A stretch of 59,775 nt of DNA, filler included, from Sphacelaria rigidula (GCA_964200075.2; 10 parts of 10 records of this genome joined end to end with filler, not necessarily neighbours in it), one strand, 5' to 3'; counted from the whole stretch's first letter, positions 36,505 to 49,413 are shown. Program-made: numbers and translations. The notes: generated from the sequence alone by a model not told the origin.

Positions 36505-36903
36505 GTACATCGTGTCAAAATTTTATTGAAAACGACTTGAAATGGAGCAGCATCATCGGGTTTGAATTATTTGTGGCTGGTCCATCTCCACATAGTAATT
36601 GCTTGTCGACGGAATGACGCATTTTCTTCGCTCAATTTCGAATCGTTTTCAATCAAATTTTGACACGATGTACAGGACGTATGTGCGAACAGCTGACTTT
36701 CCATCTCCTGTTTTTTTTTTTTCTTCATAAGTTATTGGAGAAGTAACATTTCAGAACAGTTTTTTTCGAGACAAAATTGCCTATAACTCACGAAGAAAAA
36801 CAAAAAACACAGGGGATGGAAAGTCAGCTGTTCGCACATACGTCCTGTACATCGCGTCAAAATTTCATCCAAAACGATCCAAAATTGAGCGAAGAAAATG
36901 CGT
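36505..36903. repeat. Foldback/MITE with ~120-bp inverted arms plus a third partial arm
   Basis: 36617-36735 is inverted at 36782-36903. GTACATCGTGTCAAAATTT recurs at 36505. Confidence 0.85.
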
Positions 36904-39554
36904 TTCAACATTCCTGGTGGCCTCTTGGGCGGATCAGCCTGTACCATGCGTGAAATCTTTTGAAAAAGGGGCTACACCCCATACCTGTAGAGCACTGGTG
37001 CTGTGTGCTTTTTTTCTTGTCGTACTACAAGTCCTTTTCTTCTTCGGGACGAGTCCGTGGTCTGTCGCAAGGGATAAACCCATCTCTCCCCGGTACACGC
37101 CTTGCATCTTGGTATCGTGGATTGGATCATGGCCGTCAGCACTCTCGCACCGCGTCAACTCTCGTCAAATAAGCTCGGTTAAATACTCCTTCTGCTTGTT
37201 GACGTAATTAAGCATTCGGCGGTGGAATCAGATACTCCAAAGAACAAATCCAACGCATCGGGAATCAAATCCACATTCTCTGCACCCTCATGGTAACAGT
37301 CGAGCCATTTTTAGTTTCACCGCCGGGGCGAGGCGACTGTAATGGAGTATGACGAAGGTTTGCGGTACCAACATATGAAGAGATCGGCGCAGCAAAGAGC
37401 GATCCATTCTGTGCCGTTGCGCCTCGAGGTGTCAAGCGAACGTACAGCCCGAGTTGAACACCCCGCTTTCCCCCTCTCGACTGGTGAGGGGCCCAGCTGA
37501 AGGCAAAAACAGCTTGCACTTTGGCTCCATGTCCTCGACCGTCTAAAGGTCTGCCTTTTGCGCGTACAAGGTTGATTTTCTTCGGAAGGAAGCCTTTTGC
37601 CCTTCGACAAAACAGCACGAGGGTCGGAGGAAACATCGCATCGGGATATTTGCTATTCATTAGGCCTGATTTCTCGAAAGAGAGCGATAAAAAATGAAAA
37701 TAATAGTTGATCTCTCGTCAAAGCCATCTTCACGCATTTTTCTTTTGCTTTGTTGCACGTGCCTGGGGTGGGCGTACCGGGGATGCAGCGCTGAAAATAA
37801 TGCCTAAGCATCGGTTCTTACGGTACTTTTGAATGACACTAGAAAGCAAGCGATTTTGGGAGACTGTACGCTCAGTGCCCTTCGTTGAGGTATGCCGTCG
37901 GGGTTATTTGTTTTTCATTCAAAATTTCCTGCTGGGGTCTACGCTGCCTGCGGGCTCCCGCCAATTGCCCCTATGTGGGTAACTGCAATTAGTGTTCCGC
38001 TAGCGAACTGTCAAGTTTTCTCGCCGCCGATCAGAAAGTAAGGCGTGTTGGAGTCAAGGGACTCACAAAGCATGGAACTACGAGCGTACTGACACAATAA
38101 AATATGTTTGCAGAGTGATGTTACGGTAGGGGCGCACAAACATTTTCTGAGGTTTGAATAGTTAGGAGCCCTGTTTCTCATCCAAAACACCACTTACAAA
38201 ATATGTCAGGGTACGCCAGGATTACTAACTCAATGTGCGAGAGGTATCCTGAATGAATTTGCAAACGGGGATGCCCTGGCCCATATTCTCGTGCAATCTA
38301 GAATACAGAGGAGCTCCTGAACCAGACGACAATTTGCGCAAGAAGTGCACCCCTACCATAGTATTGCTCTACAGCCATATCTTCCGAGAATGCTGCCTCG
38401 ATTCTACTTCACTATAGCGTACGAAACTAGCGATGGGATATTCACCAGAAGGTGGAACGGCAGGTACATCATTTGATCTGTACACAAGCCCGATGATGGA
38501 TCTTTCATTCCACGATCTGAATGGGATATTTTATGTTGGGACTTAGATTTGATATTCCATTCTAGGATGTGAAAAGGGTATTCTGTTCTACGATCTACAT
38601 TGGATCGTCCATTCCAGGATCTAGATAGGATCTTCATTTCTAGTATCTTCGATTCTACGATCTACATAGGATCTTAGATTCTAAGATCTAAATTGGCAGC
38701 ACACAGAACTCACGCACGCTGTACTGCCCAACTTGTTCTGGACTCTACAATTGCAATTCTCTTGCTTGCCCCCAGTTTGAGAATGCTCCATCTTTCCCTA
38801 TCGAAGCAGATGTCACGGACACAACGCAAGAGCCACGCGCATCTGGTTGCGAGTTATTCTCTGTGAGCTCTTGCTCTGCTCGATTATCACAATCCACATT
38901 CTGGGTATCCGCTAGGACAACCGTTTCACGTTTCGGACGAATCATCGCCGATTCGAATCACCTAATCCACGATTTTGCTCGCCTGATTACTCGAAAGAGA
39001 GAAAAAAGTCGATCGATGGTCCAAAAGGTCTTCACGCATTTTTTCGCCATTTCGCGTGCCTGGGCTACGCGTACCTGGGTTGCAACGCTGAAAACAAAGC
39101 GCGAGGATTGATTCGTACGGTACGAATTAATCACATAAAAATCAAGTAACTTCCAGACGAATCATTAATTCTTTCGACCCTTGCACCGGTTGGACGTTTT
39201 GACTTACAGGGAACTCGAGAGTAAGCGTTTACTGGGAGGGGTATGTCAAGACAAGCCAAGTCTAGCGGAATGTGCACATGAAGTAGATATGCATGTAGGA
39301 TGTACGTGCTTATCCAATTTTACCGCAAAGTGTACACGTGCTCGTTTTTTCTCGATCCAGCAGCGTCCTCCTAGTTGTACACTTGAATACACCCTACAAC
39401 AATGACTGTTGTCTGTGCTGTAAATATGGACACACAACAATTAGAGGGTTACATATTATTCATGTATTTTTTGGACTGCCATAGTCTTGGTTGAGCAATG
39501 ATCCAGCCCCCAATTCTGATGCCTCTACGGGGGTTGTCGTTTTTTTTTTTGCAG

Positions 39555-39620
39555 GTTCGGGTGCCTACCTTCCTGGTCCCTGCCACGAAGAAGGTGTACG
39601 ATGACATCCAGACCTTGCAG
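39555..39620 (+). CDS. leuC: 3-isopropylmalate dehydratase large subunit (aconitase family), internal exon
   Basis: Poly-T GCAG acceptor and CAG|GTATGC donor. VRVPTFLVPATKKVYDDIQTLQ matches plant-type IPMI-LSU VKVPTFLVPATQKV. Confidence 0.9.
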
Positions 39621-40835
39621 GTATGCGTACTTATGTATCGGGGGATGAGAGATGTGCTCTGGTTGAACGTTTAGTGTGATGCACGTCGATACATTGTGCA
39701 TCGTGCGTGTATGCTGTAAGCATGATTAGCCGAGTGGCGGCTGCATGCGGGAGTATATCTGGGTGTTGTTGACGTTATAATCACGTATGGTGGAGGGTAA
39801 AAATCCCGTCATTGCCACCAAGTAGTGCACCGTCATGATGGAACAAGGGTCTCATTAAAGCATTGCCAGTGCGACGTTTTGCGAAGATGCAAAGCCTACA
39901 AAAAACTGTAATGGTGAACATTGGTGTCAGCCCGGGGGGCGGGGGGCCGGGGGACCATGGGGGGAGGGGCACCTTTGCGGTCATGTTCAGCGTCATTATA
40001 ACTTTTCGATGTTGTGTCTCCGCTGATACCCCGCCTTCAACTTACAGCCGTTTTTTTTGTTTTTTTAGTTTCACTTCACTTTCCCCGAGTCCTCCGTCAC
40101 TCCGCCAGCCGCCATCCCTATGATCCAAAGTGTCTACACCATGGGCTAAGCCAGTATGGGCCACCTCAGGTCGGCGCACACAAGCATTGATTGGATACAT
40201 GTTTACTTTTTGTTAGTGTAGACCATCATGTCCGGATCTTTCCAGGGCTGGCAGTCCGCAGCGCTCGCCCAGCGTGCGACGAGCACACGCAGGAGGCGAT
40301 TTGGCTCAAATCTTCGCCTCAGGCACGATGAGGCACACTGAGGCACCGATTTGAGCCGAAGTAAAGCGCAGGTTCCCTAGGGCGATCTTTCCATATGTCA
40401 TGTCCGAGTATTCTCGGTCTACCTCGAGTTGAGGTTGCGGTTCGGCTATGGGTCAGCCAAAACAGTACCATCGCCTGATTGTTCTAACCTGGGGTACACC
40501 CGCCTCGGCTCGGCTGACGGGTAGCAGGCCGGGACCTGCGTCCGTGTTTTTCTTGCTTTTGCTCGCGTACGTCCGACATTCCTCGTTAGGTTCCGTGTTT
40601 CACTCGCAGTCTGGTCTGACGCTGTCGGTGGATATTGGGTGTTGGGTGTTAAATGTTGCGGCTCATGTGCATTTGTTTTGCTGGAATAATCAATGAGTTC
40701 CTCGCTGGATAGTTTCGGAAGGGTCTTACGATGCCCGATATAATGATGGATAGCAACAAAGCACACAATCAAACCAAAGCACACAATCAAACCAAACGCA
40801 AGCACCGTGGTCGAATGTTGACATGCTCGGTACAG

Positions 40836-41009
40836 ATCGGCGGGCGCACGCTTGCGTCCATCTTCCGCGAGGCGGGATGCCTGGAGCCTGCGTCTCCGTC
40901 CTGCGCCGCTTGCTTGGGAGGGCCCGCGGACACCTATGCACGCATGAACGAGCCATTCCAGTGCGTGTCTACCACCAACCGTAACTTTCCAGGGCGTATG
41001 GGACACAAG
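40836..41009 (+). CDS. leuC: 3-isopropylmalate dehydratase large subunit, exon with 4Fe-4S ligands
   Basis: IFREAGCLEPASPSCAACLGGPADTYARMNEPFQCVSTTNRNFPGRMGHK (CxxC and STTNRNFPGRMG motifs). Phase 0-0. Confidence 0.95.
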
Positions 41010-41381
41010 GTGTGTGACGAGATCTTCGTTGGACGGACCTTTGCGGCGCGTCGAGTGTGTTGTTGTAATAATCAGCGTTTCGATTGCATCCAGCACATAC
41101 ATTTTTTTTCTTTGTGTGCAAGGCATGCGCGGCAAAAGGAAGATGGAGTGCTACAACCAGGAGAGTAGAACAAAAAAAAAAACTCGCGTGTTGACCTTCT
41201 TCCCATATGTGACCCCGGCTGATGCGTCCACATGTACTAAAAAGGTGTACACTGACGTCCGTAACAAATGGGGTGGCAATACAACAAGAAACATAACGCA
41301 TACGTTTATCCGTCGTCGGTAATGTGGGTTGCGTGCTTCTGTCAATTCAGCTTCCTCTGTCATCGGTGCGTGCGTGCGTAA

Positions 41382-41742
41382 CACGGGATCGTACAAATTG
41401 AGGATGGATCTTTTATTGGGGATGAGAAACCCGGAGAATTAAAATATTTGCATCCACACCACATCTTCGAAATATGTTTCCATTTCTTCACCTACTGATA
41501 GCTTTTGACAACTGCTACACGCCATAGAAATTTGGATTTGGATCACCGAAATGTTGCGGTCCTGGGGAAAAAAATAATTTCGGAACCATTTTGGCGTCCG
41601 TTCGGACACCCAGAATTCCCCCAAATTGGTTTTCCATCTAGGATCCCAACATTTCGGTCATCGAAATCCATTTTTGTATAACGTGTAGCAGTTGTCAAAA
41701 GCTATCAATAGGTGAAGAAATGGAACCATATTTCGAAGATTT
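41382..41742. mobile_element. Long-TIR foldback MITE, interrupted at its right end by another MITE
   Basis: Homolog of 48132-48595. Confidence 0.8.
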
Positions 41743-41814
41743 CAAGGGTCCGACAAATAATGATTCGTATGAAAATCACTTGGTTTTAGTGTGATGAGTC
41801 GACTCGTGACGAAT

Positions 41815-41914
41815 NNNNNNNNNNNNNNNNNNNNNNNNNNNNNNNNNNNNNNNNNNNNTTAATTAATTAANNNNNNNNNNNNNNNNNNNNNNNNNNNNNN
41901 NNNNNNNNNNNNNN
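41815..41914. other. Artificial contig linker
   Basis: N44-TTAATTAATTAA-N44. Confidence 0.99.
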
Positions 41915-41943
41915 GTGGGGGGGTGGGGGTGGGGGGGTGGGGT

Positions 41944-42073
41944 GGGAGCATTTGTTGCTTGCCTCAGTCGTTTGGCCTTTGACCATGCATCCCTTTTGAG
42001 ACGGGGGGGAGCATTTGTTGCTTACCTTAGTCGTTTGGCCTTTGACCACAAATCCCTTTTGAGACGGGGGGGG
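41944..42073. repeat. Tandem duplication (~63-bp unit) bounded by G runs
   Basis: GGGAGCATTTGTTGCTT.CCT.AGTCGTTTGGCCTTTGACCA...ATCCCTTTTGAGACGGGGGGG twice. Confidence 0.9.
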
Positions 42074-42299
42074 GAGGGGGGGATAGGATTAGTGTTGCGC
42101 GGTTTGTGGAAGATACGGAAGCCTTTGTGTGAGGCCTTGTTAGAAAAAAAAGAAAAAAGCATAATAGGACAGTGGGTTTGTGATCACCAAAGGTGATATA
42201 TCCCTTGTCCTCTGGCTCGTCTCTGATATTTTACCTTTTCTTGGAAAAATTTAGGACACTCGAAAGGATCCTTCAGGACGGCCAAGTGGATTGCTGTCG

Positions 42300-42554
42300 T
42301 TGCGTTGCGGTCTACATCTACTTGCTGTTGACTACTTACTTTGATCTTTTGTTGATTTTTTTTTTTCACGTCTTAGTCTACTATGTCGATTTTTTCGACT
42401 ATTTTCCTGTTCCTGTTTCTTCTTCAGCGAGTGTTTCAGTTTCTTTTGGGGCGGGGTACGTCTATCATGTGGATAAAGACCACGACTGGACCCCTGGGGG
42501 ATCAGTTAAAGTGCGACAATAAAATAAAATAAAATAAAATAAAATAAAATAAAA
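42300..42554 (+). mobile_element. LINE/SINE-like 3' end with (AAAAT)n tail
   Basis: GGATCAGTTAAAGTGCGACAAT followed by AAAAT repeats. Same terminus as 18067-18272. Confidence 0.65.
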
Positions 42555-43775
42555 TCATTTACGTTGGCACTTGATGGGATGGATGACAACAGGCGCCGCG
42601 GCGATCCATACTTACACGAACGACAAATAGACCAATCATGTTGGGCGGTCAAAGCGCCCGTTCACTCTTGTGGGATGGATCAACTCCTGAACATATCACG
42701 TTCGCGACGCAATCACTGCGGGAGAAGGCGCCATACGACCTCATCGACGGTTGTTCGTCATGCTCTATGGCTCTTTGCCGCCCACAACTCGCAAATCAAG
42801 GAGGAACAATACAACCGGTTTTTATCTCCTCTTTGTGTAGCACGCACTCGTACGTGGATTCCTCTGTCACATAAGTAACAAAGTCGGTTATGTTTACACG
42901 GGCCCTTAACCGTGTCTAATGCATGAGACGACAACGGTTTCAACTTTTGGCGTCTTTTCTTTAATTCAATGCTATTTCTGATTGTTCGCGCACCACCCTG
43001 CGCGAGCGAACGGCCGAGAAAAAAGCCGGCCGGCCCGAAATGGCCGTATTTCGCTCCCCTATTCCGAGGGGGGAAATTGAGGAAAATAAGTTCATAAAAA
43101 AAAGCCCAGGCCATTGATGTTCAAGTCAGGCGACTGGGAAAGCTGCGTCACGAGCTATGCTATGTAACTCCGCCCCATCCCCGTAGAGTCGAGAATTCCG
43201 GATTGTTTTTTTTTCCCGTGTGGGGGTTCTCGCCATCCTGCTGCACTTCTGCTACTACTCGCGCGGAACGCAGCCAGGAGGGTATCTTGAGCTTGGCGAT
43301 GGGTAATTCAAAAGTCGAAATCTAAAAACGAAACATCAACACAAATCCCAAAACATTTTCTCGAAAAATATTCCCCCCAAAATGGGCGATTTCGTCTCAG
43401 AGTTTGTCAATATCTACGACCCCGGTTTCATTTTTTCCCCATGAGCATCTTCATAGCTTGGCCTCTTTGTAATGAGTCTAACTAGCTACAGCATCGTAGG
43501 CCCCTTCCCTGAGGAGATACGATCTGCGCACCCCCATAGCCGACTTTATTTACGGAGCAACAGACGAAGTATACTACATCCATGGGTTGAACTTACCGTT
43601 TTAATTTCATTTGTACAACATCGTTGCTTCTACCAAAATAAAAAAAACATACACAAACACACTAAGCGGCGCACCGCAAGCGAGTTCACTACTGCAGGGT
43701 GTTCCACACAACGACTGCGTTCACTTCAGAAACGTCCCTGATTTCATGAATCCCGCGCGCGACACCACGTACTAC

Positions 43776-43886
43776 CTTGAGGTAGGCGTCTATCGCCGCA
43801 GACCAGTCACGGTTCTGCTCCAACGCGCGACCTGCGCTAAGATAATCGGCCTTTGTTCCTCCGCTGCCCGTGAGGGCCTGCGCCGC
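43776..43886 (-). CDS. IFT172: Intraflagellar transport protein 172, exon
   Basis: AAQALTGSGGTKADYLSAGRALEQNRDWSAAIDAYLK; CAG acceptor and AAG|GTAGTA donor. Confidence 0.85.
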
Positions 43887-44797
43887 CTGCGGCAACCGGT
43901 GCAGCAACGTAGCGCCATCGGCGATAATGAATACAAAGCAATCGTCGAAGACGAGCTAGCGGAGGCAGGCAACGCGGAAGCGACGCCCGCGGGAAACGGC
44001 GAACAAAAGAACAGACCCCGAATATTTCCACACGCGAAAACTTGAAGCAAAAAAAAAAAGTGGGAGCCGATGTTCCGATGGTTCATAACGTCGGTAAGCT
44101 TAGCTCCACCTTTCGGCGCTGCCCAATCGCGGAGTGCACATCTATCTCTCGAAATGGGGGCAAGAGTCATGCCACGGTAGGGGTGGCACATGTGGGCCCA
44201 GATGTTTTTCATCGAGAGGCTCCTGGAATGCTCCTGGAATGCTAGGAGCTGCACGGGGATATAGGTCAGGACGTTCCCGTTTGTAAAATCCATTCGGGGT
44301 TTCCCTGGCACATTGGGATGCTAATCGTTGCGTGCTCTTGAGTATCTCATGACTGTTTTTTCGGATGATGTGATAGGGGGCTCCTGACCACTCAAACCTG
44401 AGCAAAACCAGAACATTGTGCACACTTATCGTGGCACTACTCGCAAGCGGGGCTGGGGCGGGAGAGGGCGGGCGAACCGGGGCGTGACTAGAATGTTTCC
44501 CGCTTCACCGTACTCCCGAGGGTTTTTAACACGCGGATTTCGAGTGCTGCGGTTTTGATCGTATTACTGCGCTCGTGTGCGAGCGCTACACACGCACCTT
44601 CTACTACTTTTATACGAAGCGTGCTCTCATCGTTTTCATTCCCGGGGGGGGGGGGTATTTTGGCGAGAGTGGGTTTTAGTCGTGCGTTCAATGATCACAA
44701 ACATACACACACAGATGCATGCGGACGTGGACAGCGTTAGGGTACTGCACATTTCTACTAACAACGCGTTCTCCGGCGAGGTCGCACACGCGCACAC

Positions 44798-44890
44798 CTG
44801 ATATTGAGTCTGGACCTTGTGCGCGAGGTGTGGGAGATGTCGCTGGCACACACGTAGCGCGTCTTGCCACATCCCGGCTTCCTCGTAACA
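44798..44890 (-). CDS. IFT172: IFT172 exon
   Basis: CYEEAGMWQDALRVCQRHLPHLAHKVQTQYQ; phase 0-0. Confidence 0.9.
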
Positions 44891-45680
44891 CTGCAGGGCG
44901 ACAGCAAACAAGAATGATACCGCGCGCAACCGTGCAAACGTGGCAACCCGTGATGATTGAGTACACCTCCCCCCCCCTACACACACGCGCGCGCGCACCT
45001 GGCGTGATTCAATCAGCTCACCTAACCTACAAGACAGCATCACTGTGTGATATGGGAGGCGTACCTTGGGCATAAGCTACGGGTAGTTTGAGATCTCGTC
45101 GAGGGACATACCCCGGCGATGGAATGGCCGGTGAAACACTTCCCTGCTTCGCGTATGTAGAGCTCTACGCTTCGAAGTTAAGTTACCTATAATGTTCGAT
45201 TCGGACGATCAACCTTCTACGGCGCGGGGCTTTCATGTACTAGTTGAAACAATCTGAGTAACATGATATTCAAGAAAAACAAACAAACTGCTATCATTCG
45301 GATTCTGATTAAAGAACCACAGAAATAGAATGGCCAAATGCTCTTCAAGTATTTGCCTGTCCGCCTTTGATGAAGATACGAGACGCCTTCTCTTTTTATT
45401 TCTTGCAACAATACCAGAAAAAACACACACGCCATAATGGTCATTATTATCATTTACTAATAGCAGAGTCAGAACAAATGTACCGATTCGAAACACCCAA
45501 ACCCTTCGACTTATAGCTTACGTGTTCAACCATCGATGATTCATTTTAACCTCCATCTACGCACTCGATACTTATTACAGACGACATCTGTTTGTGCAGA
45601 CATGCAACAGCATTCAAGTTGTAGTGTTCCCGCACGAAGAATTGAAGGCATCGATTGATCAACGCTTCCGGAAAACGCAC

Positions 45681-45902
45681 CTGTAGGGCCTTCTCCGGCT
45701 TCGCGGCACGAACGTACAAATCTTCCGCCGCGCTCCGATGCCCAACCGCCGCGGCGTCCGCCGCCTGAGCGCACAGGACGTCGGAGAGTGCTGGCGGGTC
45801 GTGTTCCTCCGCCACTCGGCAGGCGTCCGTCCAGGCCTTCTGATGGACAAACATGTCGATTGCCTCCCGCGGCTTTCCAGCTTGCAGAAACTCTTCCTCG
45901 GC
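45681..45902 (-). CDS. IFT172: IFT172 exon
   Basis: AEEEFLQAGKPREAIDMFVHQKAWTDACRVAEEHDP...AAKPEKALQ. Confidence 0.92.
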
Positions 45903-46479
45903 CTTTTTTTCGAATATGTTTAAGGGCATAGCACATGTGAGGTATTCGGAAGCTTTCGGTTTTGTTTTCTGTGTTTGTTTGGTGGTGGGGGGGAAGTGGG
46001 GGGCGGGGAAGTAGTGGTGCCGAGATTATGGTTTGGCGATCACACTTTTTCTCTGCGAAAAAATTGAAAATTTGTAGGAAAATAGAGCTCTGGTGCTTGA
46101 GAGAGAGGCTGCTGAACGAAAGAAATAGAGAAGAATAAGGGAAGACTGGATCGGTGCACGCGACCCAATTTGTTCAAGTTATCGAGGTGTATAAGAGAGG
46201 ACTAATTTTGACGCGCTCGAGCGTCATAAAAGGAAGACTTGTCCAAGAAGGCAGGGGGATGGAGATGGGGTTGGGGAAGGGGTGGGGGGCTTTGTTGATG
46301 TTTGAGCGTTTGTATCACTCGCGCAACGTGCAGGACGAGGTCGTCCAGGAACGGTGATGATTGATTAGACATATGCGGGGAAGTGCTCAACTGTATCCAG
46401 CGACCGAACAATCGGGGTCATGCACTCCTTGGTACCACGGGTATATTTTCCTATTTTTTGAGGTGATAAACAAGGTTGT

Positions 46480-46516
<37 letters not shown>

Positions 46517-46519
46517 TGC

Positions 46520-46669
46520 CTCTTTGAAGCGCTCCTCGTCCTCGAGAAACAGGGCGTGCTTGAGGTGGATGCCCGGGAGCTTGGCGGGGCAGCAAGCTTG
46601 AGCCAGCTCCAGCGCGTGATCGAAGGCCCCCGATTCGGTAGCATAATCGATGGCCGGTTCGATCAGGCC
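46520..46669 (-). CDS. IFT172: IFT172 exon (GC donor)
   Basis: GLIEPAIDYATESGAFDHALELAQACCPAKLPGIHLKHALFLEDEERFKE; GAG|GCAAGC donor. Confidence 0.92.
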
Positions 46670-46990
46670 CTGGGAATTACCAAAAGACAGAACACGACAG
46701 TCATGGTCCGTCCATGGACATGACAAGACGAAACACGTGACAGAGAAAAAAAGGAAGGTAAAGCAATACGTCGTGGACTGTCGATACTCGTGATCGTTGC
46801 GGGCAACGGCGTCAAACCGGGGGGAGAAGGAAGCAACAAAGTGGTAACGTGCAATTGTGCAAGAAGGCACGACGATCGAATACACCGTTCTTTCCGTATC
46901 TACCTCCGTGCCGGGAAGCACGAATTACGACGTTTTTCACGAGTGTCCGTAACTGCTCATCTTTGTCTGAGCTGATAGCCATGTACAGAC

Positions 46991-47129
46991 CTGCTTAGTA
47001 AGGAGCTTGGCGCCAGCCTCACCCCCTAGCGCCAGGGCCCAGGCGTAGGCGACCCGCTTGTGGGCGCTCTGTCCACCGTGGAACTTCGCTACTCGCAGAG
47101 CGTCGTCCCACAAGTCGTTCGAACGGTAC
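46991..47129 (-). CDS. IFT172: IFT172 exon
   Basis: (M)YRSNDLWDDALRVAKFHGGQSAHKRVAYAWALALGGEAGAKLLTKQ. Confidence 0.93.
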
Positions 47130-47477
47130 CTAACATCAGATGCACGGACGCGTGGGGCGAGTTGGGGGGGTATCAAAGTCAGATCGCAAGATTTCCACGG
47201 GACATCGACCTCACGCGATCCGGTAATCTCCTGATCACCACGTTCCTATAAGTGAACATCAAAACACGTAACTGTTGATCAACTGCTACACAACTTTTCT
47301 CTCCTGTAACTGTTGAAGCTGAGCAATCATGCCCTAATAAATGCCTCTCCCCTTCCGTCGCGCCACCCATCACCCTCAGCTGCGTCTATCGTCATCCTCC
47401 CATGCTCCAACCTAGCACACACACGTGCGCGCACATATGACTGTAGAATTCGCTACACACGTGGAAGTAAATCGCAC

Positions 47478-47671
47478 ATATTGACGGCGCTGAGCCATTC
47501 CCCGGCCTCCGCATAATGTTGCTCGGCCTCCTTTAAGCTCCCCTCCATCTCTAGCTGTTGCGCCAAGAACTGGTGTGTTTCCTTGAGAACGTCCGGCCGA
47601 TGCTTTGCGACCAATCTCACCATGGCATCGTAGCGCTTCGCCTTCTTGTACATCGTAATCGCTAGGTCCAC
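47478..47671 (-). CDS. IFT172: IFT172 exon
   Basis: [64 protein letters not shown](M); AT|GTGCGA donor, phase 2. Confidence 0.93.
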
Positions 47672-47801
47672 CTACCACAAGGGGTCGTACCCGGCGACGA
47701 GGCAGCCCATGGAGAGGGTGGGGTCGGGGGGGGGGGGGGGTACGATCTAAGGTCAATCCAAGTATAAATACGACACCAAGGACCGCAAACTCCCACCATA
47801 C

Positions 47802-47901
47802 NNNNNNNNNNNNNNNNNNNNNNNNNNNNNNNNNNNNNNNNNNNNTTAATTAATTAANNNNNNNNNNNNNNNNNNNNNNNNNNNNNNNNNNNNNNNNNNN
47901 N
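47802..47901. other. Artificial contig linker
   Basis: N44-TTAATTAATTAA-N44. Confidence 0.99.
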
Positions 47902-48131
47902 GATATGCCACTTCAGCCTCATATTTTGTATGAACCCCAAAAAATAAAATCGGCTGTTAAGTGATGATGAAAAAACTGGCAATTTTTTTCCCTGATTGTT
48001 TTCATGATTCGGGCGATTGTTATTTAAAATGCAATTTTAGCCAAACATAAAACTGCGGCCAGCAAGAATCGCAAAGTTGCCCTGAGGCGGTCTCGGCGAG
48101 TAGAGCAAGTCATTACGAGGTGTCCGTATCA

Positions 48132-48595
48132 GGCTAGAACACGAGATCTGACAAATTGGGGATGGATCTTCTATTGGGGATGAGAAACCCGGATAATTAA
48201 AATCTTCGTATTCACCAGGTATCCACACCAATCTTCGAAATATGGTTCCATTTCTTTACCTACTGATCGCTGTTGACAACTGTTACATGCCATAGAAAAA
48301 TGGATTTCGATCACCGAAATGTTGGGGTCCTAGGTGAAAAACTAATTTTGAGGAATTCCGGGTGTCCGAACGGACGCCAAAATAGTTCCGACTTTTTTTT
48401 CACCTAGGACCCGAACATTTCGGTGTTCGAGATCCAAACTTCCATGGCGTGCAGCAGTTGTCAAAAGCTATCAGTAGGTGAAGAAAGAGAACCATATTTC
48501 GAAGATTTGGTGTGGATACGAAGATTTTACTTCTCCAGGTTTCTCATCCCCAATGAAAGATGCATCCCCAATTTGTAAGATCCCGTGTTCTAGCC
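48132..48595. mobile_element. Foldback MITE, ~200-bp TIRs around a short spacer
   Basis: GGCTAGAACACGAGATC ... GATCCCGTGTTCTAGCC. The arms are complementary inward to ~48340/48395. Confidence 0.9.
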
Positions 48596-48940
48596 CTCTT
48601 TTCAGGCATAAAACGATGGAGAGGGGGCCATAAGGCTGTTTTCGACAAGAATTTAGAACAGCGCCCATGTTTGTTGATTCAGGTTTTGGTTGTTGTTCTT
48701 AAAACTCTTGTCCAAGGTTGCCGTAGGGGTTGGTTGGTCTTGGTTGGGGATCGTCACCAACCACGACCATCAAACGAAGCCAAGCCCACACGCAGCAGCA
48801 TACTGGTGTTTCCGACAAGTCGGAATTTAGCGCGTGTTCAAGGAGTAATGCGCAGTGCACACAAGAGGGAAGACGCAAAAAGGAAGAAAATGTAAGCAAA
48901 GAAAAATAACTTCTTCCGGCCCTCCGACCGAGGGGAGAGA

Positions 48941-49413
48941 GGAGGGGGGGGGGATACGTAGGTGTGCGTTTTATTTCTCGGGTGACCGCTGGGTTACCGC
49001 TGGTGTTTGCGTGGTTGTGTTTTTTTCGTTAACATGATGGTGGCCAAGCTAGATCATATTGCGCGGGGTCAGAGAACCTCGATTCCGCGTAAAGGTGATG
49101 GTCAGACTACGTTGTGCTGAATTGGCGAGACACCCATGAGGCAGGGTGTGAGCCGCAAGTGATACCAGAAAATGAAGAAGCTTGTAGGCTGTCACACATA
49201 TACAAGATACTTGGTGCGCTTCGGGCCGAACAGTCTTAGTGGGATGCAGCTCACCCTTTATGAGGCTTGCCGAAGACACGACGGCGCTTCACAATTGGTG
49301 AATGCAAGCCTGATCTGGCGAACACCCGGCGTGCTTTTTCCCGGCTTTGAAGGATGCGAGGTCAATTGTCGTATGACCACGGCACGCAACATCATGCGTA
49401 CCCTCCCCCCCCT
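48941..49413 (+). mobile_element. ~470-bp dispersed element, near-complete copy
   Basis: Begins in a G run (GGGGGGGATACG) and ends CGTACCCTCCCCCCC. The body is shared with contigs 3, 4, 5 and 6. Confidence 0.75.
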
